Positions 1 to 10,711 of a stretch of DNA of 32,000 nt are shown piece by piece. The position numbers and the translations under genes were made by a program. How positions within the stretch are numbered: position 1 is the first letter of the stretch; each line of letters starts with the position of its first letter. Under the pieces are notes generated by a model. It worked only from the letters and a program-made list of their open reading frames with translations, did not search any database and was not told the DNA's origin. This DNA is from Mycoplasmoides genitalium G37 (GTDB lineage Bacteria; Bacillota_I; Bacilli_A; Mycoplasmatales; Mycoplasmoidaceae): contig NC_000908.2 of the NCBI RefSeq assembly GCF_000027325.1, forward strand, positions 480,001 through 512,000, given 5' to 3'.

Positions 1-1
1 G

Positions 2-226
2 TGGTATCAGTATTTAAAAAAACACTCTAGTAAACTTTTTGTTATTACTGCAAGTAGTGATAAAAAACCAGTAATAGAGCCAACTATAAATGAATATAAA
101 GCTATTTTTGGAGAGTATTTATCTTCATTTCACCTAGATCTAAAAAATAATCAAAGTAATGATTTATTCCAGAAATTACTTGATCAGATCAAAATAAAAG
201 CTACCTCAAAAACTAGTTTGAGATAG
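2..226 (+). CDS. 3' fragment of a hypothetical protein (ORF open at the left edge)
   Basis: Frame 2 is open from the window edge: WYQYLKKHSSKLFVITASSDKKPVIEPTINEYKAIFGEYLSSFHLDLKNN...KTSLR, stop TAG at 224-226. The strand matches udk. Confidence 0.6.
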   Translation, partial: WYQYLKKHSSKLFVITASSDKKPVIEPTINEYKAIFGEYLSSFHLDLKNNQSNDLFQKLLDQIKIKATSKTSLR

Positions 227-239
227 CTAAAAATATAAA

Positions 240-315
240 TGGCGCATCGGGAGGGATTTGAACCCACGACAACACGCTTAGAAGGCGTGTACTCTATCCA
301 CTGAGCTACCGACGC
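240..315 (-). tRNA. tRNA-Arg (anticodon UCU), CCA encoded
   Basis: The reverse complement GCGTCGGTAGCTCAGTGGATAGAGTACACGCCTTCTAAGCGTGTTGTCGTGGGTTCAAATCCCTCCCGATGCGCCA folds as a cloverleaf. It has a 7-bp acceptor stem with one G-U pair, anticodon loop CTTCTAA, a GGTTCAAAT T-loop and 3' CCA. Confidence 0.96.
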
Positions 316-687
316 ATTTCTTTACTAGAAACTATCATATGAATCTTCAATAAGACTCTAATAAAAGTTTAGATGATTTTTAACTTTTTTATTGTATTCA
401 TGCAATAAAAATTAATTTAAATAAAAGAAATTTATTAAAAAATCCTTAAAGCACAAATATCAATAATTTCCTTTTCTATTGATTCTTAACTATTTTTAAA
501 AAAATAGTCAATTTATTTAGTCACAAAAACCTTAGTTAAAAATAAATTTAAGTTGCAATTGGATTGAACATATTATTTAAACTTTCTTTTAAATTAAGTG
601 TTTTAAAAGTTGATTTTTAATAAATTAATTAACAAAATAAGATAAATAGTTAAAAACTCAATAATAAACGCTTTAAAATATTTCACT

Positions 688-1332
688 TTGATGGATGAAA
701 AAGGGATTTTAGTTGCAATTAGTGGTGGTAGTTGCTCAGGAAAAACTACTGTTGCTGAAATGATTTATCAACTTTTAAGTAAAAAATTAAAAGTTGCGAT
801 CATCTGTCAAGATAACTATTACAAGTCCTATAAAAATAAGCCATTATTAAAAAGAAAAACAATAAACTTTGATCATCCTGATGCTTTTGATTGAAAACTT
901 TTAAGATCACACATTGAAGATCTTCTAAACGGTAGTATAGTTAATGTTCCTTTATATGACTACATTAACTATACCAGAGCTAAAAAAACAGCAAAAATTG
1001 GTCCAATTGATGTTGTTATTCTAGAGGGTTTAATGCCATGATTTGATGAAAAATTATCAAGACTTTCTAAGCTAAAAATATTTATAGAAACAAATGGGGA
1101 AGAACGTTTAATTAGAAGAATAGAAAGAGACTGACAAAGGGGAAGAAATATTGATTCTATTATTAAACAGTGACGCGAAATAGTAGCACCAATGTATGAA
1201 ATATTTGTAGAAAAAATGAAGCGAAATGCTGATTTAATTCTGCCTTGAAGTCAACGCAGAGAAGTAAGTACAAGTGTATTGGATGTCGCAATTGAACACT
1301 TATTTCACAAAACTGTTGAAAAAAATAATTAG
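688..1332 (+). CDS. udk: Uridine kinase (start TTG 688 or ATG 691)
   Basis: P-loop AISGGSCSGKTTVAE followed by CQDNYYK and NFDHPDAFDW. Reading TGA as Trp extends the track ORF to TAG at 1330-1332, about 213 aa. Confidence 0.93.
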
Positions 1333-2075
1333 TTCTGGAAATTATAGAGATGTTTAAATTTCAAAGGTGAATTATGTTTATGCTCTGCTTTTGCTTTCAA
1401 ATCTAAAACAATTTTTTGCTTTTCTGAACTAAGTATTAAATCACCTTTTAAATATTGATCAAGTTCCTTATAAGTAATGCCCATCTCTGTCTCATCAGTT
1501 TGCCCTTCAAAAAGACTAGCAGTTGGCGCTCTTGTGATTACAATTTCAGGAATATTAAAATGCTTAGCTAATTTGTAAACGTCCTCTTTTAAAAGCCATG
1601 CTAAAGGAGCAATATCACAAGCTCCATCTCCTCATTTTGTGAAATAACCAAGTGTATACTCTACAAAATTACCAGTACCTAAAACTAAGAAGTTGTGTTT
1701 TTGAGCATAAGCATATAAAGTTATCATCCGTAAACGTGCTTTAATGTTACCAGCTGTTAAAAAATCTTTTTTTGGATCTATTCCAAGGGTTTTTACTAAC
1801 AGATTGAAACTCTCTTCCAGTTCAATGTTAATACTATTAAATTGCATTTTTTTAACAAGTTCACTAGTTGCTTGAAAATCAAGTTTTGAATTATTAATAT
1901 GCATTATTAAAGCTAAATGGTTTTCAAAACCAAAAGTTTCTTTAGCAATAGCAGCAACAACTGCTGAATCAATTCCTCCAGATAAGCCAAAAATAACACC
2001 TTTAGCTTTAGATTTTTTTACATAATCAAACAGCCAGTTTTGGAGTTCTTTTAAATATTTAATTAAATTAGTCAT
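1329..2075 (-). CDS. nadE: NH3-dependent NAD+ synthetase
   Basis: PP-loop motif VIFGLSGGIDSAVVAA and GTGNFVEYTLGYFTK. ATG at 2075, stop TAA at 1329-1331, 248 aa. No glutaminase domain. Confidence 0.93.
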
Positions 2076-3369
2076 TAATTACAAATTCACAACCATCAAA
2101 GAAAATAATATCACCTTTTTTAGCACCAACGGATTTTAATTGATCTTCAATACCGATTTCTTTAATTTTATTTCCTAAGCGACGAATGTTATCAAGCGTA
2201 GTTTGTGGAATTTTATCAAATCAATATCTTAGACGTTTACAATTAACAATTCATCTGTTTAAACTATCTTTTTCAATATTTAAAGGGTCGTTATTATTTT
2301 CATTGGTATTTTGAAAAACATAATGCTTCTCAAGTTCCATTGGCAAACTAAACTTATTAGCTCCAAATTGGGAAATTGTTTTATTGTAAAGTTCAAAAAC
2401 TCTATCAAGTAAATTGCCTAATTCTTTCTTTAAAGCAGAAATTTTTAATACAGAAATAGATTTTTTTTGAAGAAATTTTTCTAATTTTTTAAACCGTTTC
2501 TCACCTTCATTAACATCAATTTTATTAGCTACAACAAGCATCTTTTTTTTAACTAGAAGGGGAGAATATTTTGAAAGTTCATCCATTATTTGTAAATATG
2601 CTTTGCAAGGATCATCATTATCTACAGGATCAAGTGAAATTAAATGAATTAATATTTCACACCTCTCTATATGCCGTAAAAAATCATGTCCTAACCCACT
2701 TCCTTCACTAGCATTTTCAATCAAACCAGGAATATCAGCAAAAACTAAACTATTATTTTGATATTTAACTACACCAAGTACGGGTATTAAAGTAGTAAAG
2801 CGATAGTTTGCAATTTTAGGTTTGGCATTTGAAAGTTTGGAGATTAGTGTTGATTTACCTGAATTTGGAAAACCAACAATTCCTACATTAGCTAAATATT
2901 TAACTTCCAAACTAACGTTTAAAATCTCTCCTTTATCACCATTTTCATATAGATTAGGAGCACGCATAATTGGGCTTTTAAAAGCAGCATTTCCTTTTCC
3001 GCCTTTTCCGCCAAAACACAAAATAAAACTCTGTTTATCATGAACAAAATCCACCAATACACTATTATTTTCTAAGTTTTTAACTGTTGTTCCTATTGGC
3101 ACTTTAATTAAAAGATCTGAACCATTTTTACCATGTGCTAAATCTGGTTTACCATTTTGTCCATCTTCTGCAAACAGGTGTTTTTTATTCTTCAAGAAAA
3201 AAAGTGAATCGCAGTTATGATCAGCTTGCAAAATAACATTACCACCATTACCACCATTACCACCACCAGGACCACCTTTATCATAATGTGCTTCTCTTTT
3301 TCATGCTATGATTCCATTACCACCATTTCCAGCAGTAAAGCGACACTCACAATAATCTGTAATAGCCAT
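2068..3369 (-). CDS. obg: Obg/CgtA GTPase
   Basis: Glycine-rich N-terminal domain (GGGGNGGN, GGKGGKGN), G1 motif GFPNSGKSTLISKLSNAKPKIANYRFTTL, DIPGLIENA, NKID. UGA codons are read through. 433 aa. Confidence 0.95.
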
Positions 3370-3986
3370 TATTTTGGTTTCTTTTTCTTTATTTTAAAAA
3401 CGATTTCTGCAGATTTTTTTCTTTCTAGATCACTTTGAATTTGTTGCAACTTTTGTCGATTTTTAGTTTTAGATTTACCTGTCTTTAAGAGATTTTCAGC
3501 AATTATTATTGCATATTTTGATCTGATTAAAAAAAAGTTAGTCATTTTATTCAAAAGAAAAAAACTTAGCATTAATGTTATTAGAACTAAAAAAAATCGA
3601 AGTAAGATAATTCAACTATTTCAAGCCATTGGTATTATTCCTGATAAAAAAAGAACTATTAAAGTAAAAGCAGTAGAATAGCAAAAAGGAATTAATTCCC
3701 AAATAATGTATTTAGTAAAAGCAAATAAAAAAAAGGCTAAAAAAAGATAAATTAGTAAAGGAACAAATAAAAATCACAACAAAACTAAGTCAAAAATGGG
3801 CTCTATTTCCTTACCCATAAATGTTCTGTTTTGTGCTGCAATTAAAAAATTAAAGCCTAGTAAATTGATTTCACCAAAAAGAATTCAAATCAAAAGATAA
3901 TAAATAAAAACTAAAAAGAAACTAAAACTTCCTATTAGTCAATTAGGGGTTTTAGTTTTTTTATTTGACTTGAAAAAATAATTCAA
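3369..3986 (-). CDS. Hypothetical multi-pass membrane protein, probable TTG start
   Basis: With code 4 the 67-aa track ORF extends upstream through several hydrophobic segments (e.g. [34 protein letters not shown] and [26 protein letters not shown]). It ends in a basic tail (KKKKPK). No ATG lies at a sensible upstream position; a TTG at 3984-3986 sits just past the stop of the upstream gene. Confidence 0.72.
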
Positions 3987-3988
3987 AA

Positions 3989-4699
3989 CTAATAAATTTG
4001 TGCAGTAATTTGAAATTTCACAAAGCGATCGTTTTCATAAAATTGATAACGAAGAAGACCCTTGATAACTCAAAGAATAACTGGTAATCCCAGGTTTTGA
4101 ATTTCTTTGCAGTTCTTATGATAAAAACTCTCGTTTGGCACTAAAAAACGGCAATATCTCATTAATTCGTCTCTAGAAGCTACTAATAAAGCTTTTTTGT
4201 TTGCAATTACAAAACCGGTTTTAAAGCCTTTGAAAGTCTCATTTATTAACTTAATGATATGAAAATTACTACTTAACAAAATCATTTTTTCTTTAGCTAA
4301 GACAAAATCTTTGCAAAGCAAATTCAACTGTTCTAATAATGAATTGTTATTTTCTTTATCATCTTTAATATGAATCAGCAAATATTTAAAGGGCTGAATA
4401 AATTGCGTTAAAACTTCCTTTAAAGTTTGAATTTGTTGTGAAGTTACCTTAAGCTTAAATTCACTTGCAAGGTTAACCTTTTTAAGATCAACTAAATTAA
4501 TTTGGTTTAAATTCAAGTTTTTATTAGAAACTTTAAAGTTTTCTTTATGAGTTACTACTATTTGTTTATCTTTGGTTAATTGAATATCAATTCAAATACC
4601 ATCAAAATCAAAAACTTGGGCTGCTTGAAATGCTAATTTGGTGTTTTCTGGTGCAATAGAACTATAACCGCGATAAGCTATTAAAAACTGTTTTCGCAT
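3989..4699 (-). CDS. Glycerophosphodiester phosphodiesterase family protein
   Basis: The N-terminus MRKQFLIAYRGYSSIAPENTKLAFQAAQVFDFDGIWIDIQLTKDKQIVVTH matches the GDPD RG..PENT...D.QLTKD..vV.H pattern. 236 aa, stop TAG at 3989-3991. Confidence 0.88.
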
Positions 4700-4701
4700 T
4701 A

Positions 4702-7700
4702 CTATTTTTTATCATTACTGCCAAAAACATCCTTAGCATCATCTGCTGAAAATTGACTAAGTCATTCATCTGCGTCAATAGAGTCAATATCATAACCTTC
4801 AAGAGCAGGAATATCCTTAGTTATATCTTCATTTAAATTCTCAGTTTCCTCAGACTGGAATACTAATCAGTTACCTTCACTATCAAATTCCCCATCATAT
4901 CAGTTTCATTCATTGTCTTCATAGTAACCATATTCTTCATTTCCGATTAATTTCTCTCAAAACTTAGGTGCCTCGTTAATTCGTGGTTGACGATTCTTTC
5001 ATTGTTCATCAACAAGAACTCAGTCTCCAGATTCATCATAGAAACCATATCAAATCCACTCACCTTTATTGTTGTACCTACCATAAACTTCATCACCAAT
5101 AAGTGGTAAATAATCTCTTTCTCTAGCTCATTTAACAGTTGCATCCTTATTTCATTTTTGATCATCACCAAAGAATCCTGCTCAAACTCATTCTCCATCA
5201 GGTTCATAATGACCATAACTATTGTTACCAACTAATAATTCTCAATCAAGTGATTCTTCTTCACTAGCTTCTGGTTGAATTTCATCAGCTTGAGGTTCTT
5301 CCAATACTGTTTCAGGTTTTCGTTCTTCAAAGTTAGGTTGAACAACTACTTCAGGTTCACTAGAAACTTGAGGTTCTTGAATAGTTTCAACTGGTGAATC
5401 AAATTTAGCTTCTTGAGGAGTTTGTTCAGGTTGAACAGTATCAAAAGTAGCTTCTGGTTGAGATTCTACAGGTTGAATTTCTGGTTGAGTTTGAACTTCT
5501 TCAAGGAGAGGTTCAGGTTGTGAATCTTGAACCGATTCAACTGGTGAATCAAATTTAGCTTCTGCAGATGGTTCAAAAACTGCTTCTCCAGGTTGTTGTT
5601 CTACTTGAGGTTCAAATTGTGGCTCTGATGGTTTTGATTCAATTTCATAATTTGGTTCATCAAAGTCATAATTAGGTTCATCTACATCATATTGAGGTTC
5701 TGATGGTTGTAGATCTGAATCATAACTAGGTTGATCAAAATCATAGTTAGGTTCATCAAAGTCATAATTAGGTTCATCAAAACTAGCTTCTGATTCAACA
5801 TGTTGTTGAGTTGGTTCACTACTAAATTCAGGTTGTTCAACAGTTTCAACTGGTGAATCAAATTTAGCTTCTTGAGGAGTTTGTTCAGGTTGAACAGTAT
5901 CAAAGGTAGCTTCTGGTTGAGATTCTACAGGTTGAATTTCTGGTTGAGTTTGAACTTCTTCAAGGACAGGTTCAGGTTGTGAATCTTGAACCGATTCAAC
6001 TGGTGAATCAAATTTAGCTTCTGCAGATGGTTCAAAAACTGCTTCTCCAGGTTGTTGTTCTACTTGAGGTTCAGAAATAACTTTTTGTTGATTTTCAACA
6101 TCATCAAACTTAACTTCAGTAGTTTTTTCAGGTTGAACATCAAAAACTGCTTCAGGTTCTCCAACAGTATCAGTAGTTGTTTGATCAACTACTTCAGCTT
6201 CACTAGAAACTTGAGGTTCTTCCAATCCCTCAGTTTGAGTTTGATTTTTATCAAAAACTGCTTCATGTTTAACAGTATCAAAGCTAGCTTCAGTTATTAA
6301 TTGATCAACTGGTTCAGATTTAGGTTCCTCTTCTAATATTTTTTCAGTCTGTGTTTCTAATTGAGGTTTTTCAAAAACTGCTTCTGATTCAGCTTCAGAT
6401 ACATTATCAAAAGTAGCTTCAGATTTTAATTCTTCTGTTGATAATGGTTCAGAGGAGGTTTCCTGTTGAAGTTCTTTAGTTTCATCAAAAGTAATTTCAG
6501 CTTCTGTTTCTTTAGGTTGAACTTCATTATTTTCAACATTATCAAAGTTAGCTTCCTCTAGTTTTAAATCTTCTAACTTAGTTCCATCAAAGATTTGTTC
6601 AACTTCAGCAGTAACAATTTCTGGATGATTTTGATCTAATGCAGGTTCAGATGGTTGATCTTCAGAGCTAGGTTCTAATTGGGTTTCAATTGTTTCTGGT
6701 TCAAAAGCAGTAACTTCAGTAGGTGTAACAACTGTTTCTTCAGACTGATTTTCTAATTGTTGATGATCAAAAACTGCTTCAGTTTTTTCTTCTAATTTAA
6801 TTTCATCAGAGATTTGTTCAGCATGAAATTCAGCTTGCGATGATTCTTGGGGAATTTCGACTGGTGAATCAAATTTAGCTTCTTGAGGAGTTTGTTCAGG
6901 TTGAACATCTGGTTGAAAATGATCATCAAAAACAACTTCAGTAGTAGCTTCAGGCTGTAGTTCTTGAGTTTTAATTTCATCAAAAACTGCTTCTGGTTGA
7001 ACAGTATCAAAAGTAGCTTCAACTTGTGATGATTCTTGAGGAACTTCAACAGTTGAATCTAATTTAATTTCTTTGAAAGTAGGTTGGAGTTCTGAATCAG
7101 AACTCTCTTTTTCGTCTGGTTTTGAATCAAATAAAGCATTTGATTCAATGATTTCAGTTAAATCAAGCGGTAGAGGAGTGAATAAGTTATTTTCATCTTG
7201 ATGTTCAAATAATTTTGTTTCTTGTTCAACTGTGGGTACATTTGATTCAGAAGTCTCAACCTCTTGAGTTTGACTAATGAATTCAAGCGTATCTTTTTGT
7301 TCAGATGAAAATTCATTAGGAGTTTCAGCACTTTCAGTGAAACTGTCTTCAACTATTTGATATGTTGGTAATACGAACTCACTATCAGTTTCTAGTTGTG
7401 TTGTTGGTTGTTCTTGAACTTCTTTTTCAGAAACATCTAAATTAATAAATTCATTACCAATTTCTTCATGATTTAATTCAACAGATGTAGTTTTAGTTTC
7501 TAATGATTTATCAACATCATTTACAGAATCTAATTCAAGTGATAGGTCAGGTTGAATGAAAGGTGGTTCACTTTCTACAACTATTGTTGTTTTTTCATCA
7601 AATAATGATTTTGGTTCAGTTTCAAGGAAATCTACTTTATATTCCAATCCTTCTTGAGGTTTTGGATCATTATTAATAAAAGTTATTTCATCAACTAGTT

Positions 7701-9552
7701 CACTTTTGGGAAGTTCACTTGAAACCTTAACTTCTGTTTCTGTTGAAAAAGGAGCATTAACATCAACATATTCATTTGTTAAGAGTACCTCATTAACAAG
7801 TTTTTCACTAAATAAAGCAGTTAAATCAGTATTAACACTTTCATCACTGTTTGTTTCTTTTATCTTTTCATCTGAAACAACAGGTTCGCTAAATTCTTGT
7901 TGAAATTCATTAACAGAATAAGTAGGTTCAAATTGTTGTTCTGAAACTGTTTCATTTATTTGAGAATCAATATTATTAACAACTTCATCTCTAAAAAGGG
8001 ATTCATTAATGAAATCATTATTAGCATCTAAAATAATTTCATCTACTTGTGATTTTTCTTCTACACTTTTTTGTGTTTCATCAGTAAAAGAACCGAATTC
8101 TTTTCAAACTGAATCAATATCATCAGAAATATTAGATAAATCTGCTTTAGCACTATCTTTTATTTCTTTAGAATAATCTTGACTTAAATGTTCAACATGT
8201 TTAGCAATTTCATCATGTTGTTGGTCGTCTTTAATAATAGAATCTAAGCCTTTAAGATCATCTTCGTAAACAAAAACGGTCTCAACTTCTGGAACATTTC
8301 CTGCTTGAGTTTGATTGGAATCTAAGCCCTTAAGATCATCTTCGTAAACAAAAACAGTCTCAACTTCTGGAATAGTAGTTTCAGGTTCACAAGCTGCTTC
8401 AGGTTCAATTTCAACAGGAGCCTCAACTTCAGATTCAACCTTAACTTCCTCTTTAACGATTTCAATTAAAGGGATGGTTTCATTAGTTTCTTTAACTGGA
8501 TTTAAGAATTCAAATTTTTCTTTTTCAAAATGTAATTTAGTTACTGGATTACGGAAGATAACTTCATTTCTTCTTGGTTTAACTTCTTCAATTACCGGCT
8601 GCTCTTCACTTGAATTTTCAAGTAATAGTTCGTTTTCTAGAGAAGAAGCTAAGCTCTTGGTATTAAATACTGTAACAACAATGTCATTTTCCTGTTCTCA
8701 GTATGGTTGTTCAGAAATAGTCTTTTTCTCTATTTCATCAACTAAGCTATCAGTATGACCAAGTGCTTCTTCAGTAAAGCGAACAGGATCAGGGATCCAA
8801 TTTAGTTTCTTGTCAAAAAATCCTTTTCAGATCCATGTATTATTTTGAACAAAACCATAGTTAGGGTTGCCTACAAGTGGTCTTCAAAAATCAATATCAG
8901 CTGGTCTTTGTTTAATGAAAGCTGCATGTTCTTGAGGAACTTCAACTGTTTCAATTACCTTAAAGTAGTTTCATCTTTGTAATTGGTCAAAATAACCTAG
9001 TCAAACTCAAGTATGATTTTTTCAAAAACCATATTTTCTATCACCAACAAAGATATATCAGAACGCTTGTGAATCTTCTGGATTTAATTTTTTTTCTCTA
9101 ATAGTTGTTGTAAAACTATCTTTTTTTGTTTCTAGAACTTTGGTTTCTGGTTGATTGTTTAATTCAACCAACTTATTTTCATTAATGGTTGGATAACTGC
9201 TTGTTTGATTTGGAACTGTATTAACAACAGTTTTTTGATTAAGTTCTCTTCTACTTAAGATATCTGTTTCAGGTGGAACAATAAAAACACCGCGCTTGGT
9301 TTCATCAAAAAAATCTATAGGTGATTTGCTCTTTGATTTAACTGTTTCCTTTTTCTTACTATTAAAAGACTTTGTTTTCTTGAGAATGTTTTTTTTGATT
9401 TCACCTAAAAAAGGTTGATCAAAAAGATTTTCAACTTTATCTTGTTCTTTTTTTGGTTTAGTAACACTCTTCTTGTTAGCTGATTCTAAATACTTTTTGG
9501 TTTTTGATTTAGGGGTGGTGTTTTTGTTTTTATTCTTTGTTGTTTTTGGCAT
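4702..9552 (-). CDS. P200-like terminal-organelle/cytoskeletal protein with EAGR-like boxes and an acidic repeat domain (1616 aa)
   Basis: Joins the in-frame track ORFs 9058-9552 and 5242-7647 through UGA codons. Lys-rich N-terminus, two N-proximal and three C-proximal Y-G-x-(Y/F)...W-x-W-x-G-x-(Y/F)-(F/Y)...W boxes, and a long Glu/Pro/Gln-rich centre. Stop TAG at 4702-4704. Confidence 0.9.
5383..5614. repeat. Direct repeat copy 1 (232 bp) inside the P200-like gene
   Basis: agtttcaactggtgaatcaaatttagcttcttgagg...ttgttgttctacttgaggttca. It recurs at 5842-6073 with 2 mismatches seen by eye. Confidence 0.88.
5620..5795. repeat. Short degenerate tandem repeat encoding DEPNYDFDEPNYDFD-type units
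   Basis: The protein reads SFDEPNYDFDEPNYDFDQPSYDSDLQPSEPQYDVDEPNYDFDEPNYEIESKPSEPQ. The DNA reiterates aggttcatcaaagtcataatt. Confidence 0.8.
5842..6073. repeat. Direct repeat copy 2 (232 bp) inside the P200-like gene
   Basis: Same 232-bp unit as 5383-5614, offset by exactly 459 bp (153 codons). The mismatches seen are aaaagtag/aaaggtag and aggagagg/aggacagg. Confidence 0.88.
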
Positions 9553-9838
9553 TAATAAAAATACTTAGCACTAGTGACTAAAGTTATCTGACTCACTAAA
9601 TTGTAATTTTTAATATCAAGATAACAAAAGTTAGCTATATATGCTAAAAAATAAATAGATTTTAATTACTATTTATATTAATTTATTTAATGTAGATTTA
9701 ATAGTGTTTCAGCTTCTTTTTGCAAAAGAAAAATAGTTATAAAATCAAAAATTAATCACTTTAATTTCAAAAAAATTTGACAGCTAAAGCTTTACATTTT
9801 ATTAACAACAGAACAAATAATTTTTAGCTTTTAAAAAT

Positions 9839-10711
9839 TTATTTAGAAAGAAAACTATAAACAGGCAATTTTTGTTTTTCTGTTTTTACAAAAATATCAA
9901 TAAAAATATCACAGTCAAAATGATTTAATAGTTTTTTGCGAGTTGCTATCCCAATTGCTTTGATCATTTCTGCATTTTTTCCAATGATAATCTTTTTTTG
10001 GCTTAATTTTGGAACACTAATTACTAGGTGAATTTTTAACAAGTTTTTTTCTTTATTGAAACTCTTTTCAATAATTTCAATTCTTGCTATATGGGGAATT
10101 TCGTTTTTGCAATAAAAAATTATTTGTTCACGTAATCCTTCAAGAATCTTAAAGTCATCGTTGTTTGCATCAATAAAATTGATATCTTTACGAAAGATAT
10201 TATACCTAAGTTCAACTTGTTTAAAAATTGATCAAAAGAGGTTTTTATCAAACTTAAGCAAGTTTATTTCAATTGTTTTTTGTGGTTTAAACTCTTCTAA
10301 AATAATTGCTTTATTAACTTCACTTAAACTTTTTTGATGAAATTTATTAATTAAAAAAATTCTTGTTAAATTTTGATAGCGCTTTAATTGTTGTAATTGA
10401 GTTTTTAAAAATTCTATCTTGTTATTCTGATCACTTCTAACAACTAAAAGTAATACATCAATTCCACTTAATGCTTTGCGAATTTCTTTAGTTATTAATT
10501 CATAATTTGAATGTTTTTTCTCAGTAAAACCAGGGACATCAATAAAAACAATATTTTTATTAGCTTGGTTAATTACCTCAGTGGAAATAGAAAGAAGCGT
10601 TGTGTTATTCATGGATGATACCATCAGACTATCATCGTTATGTAAAAAATTAATTAGCGTTGATTTTCCTGCATTAGTAGGTCCTAAAACACCAACTTTT
10701 AAAACTTTCAT
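9839..10711 (-). CDS. era: GTPase Era
   Basis: G1 [15 protein letters not shown]3 DVPGF, KH-like C-terminus including [34 protein letters not shown] read as Trp joins the track ORFs. Stop TAA at 9839. Confidence 0.94.

Noticed and set aside
316-687. Possible small gene or ncRNA in the AT-rich gap between tRNA-Arg and udk
   Set aside because: No coding-like frame, stable GC-containing hairpin or recognisable RNA family feature. The gap is very AT-rich and probably holds divergent promoters, but no specific box could be supported.
4947-5231. 94-aa minus-strand ORF (MVTIVMVIMNLMENEFEQ...)
   Set aside because: It is an alternative frame over the C-terminal EAGR-like region of the P200-like gene. 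The 1616-aa frame has clear domain structure there; this one does not.
5383-6073. CRISPR-like array
   Set aside because: The repeated units are long, coding, in frame with a protein gene and separated by repetitive coding sequence. There are no short identical repeats with unique spacers and no cas genes.
5682-7352. Several 60-85-aa minus-strand ORFs rich in Leu/Asn/Lys at 5682-5903, 6792-7049 and 7158-7352
   Set aside because: These are shadow ORFs from repetitive Glu/Pro/Gln coding sequence read in another frame, with low-complexity composition and no recognisable domain.
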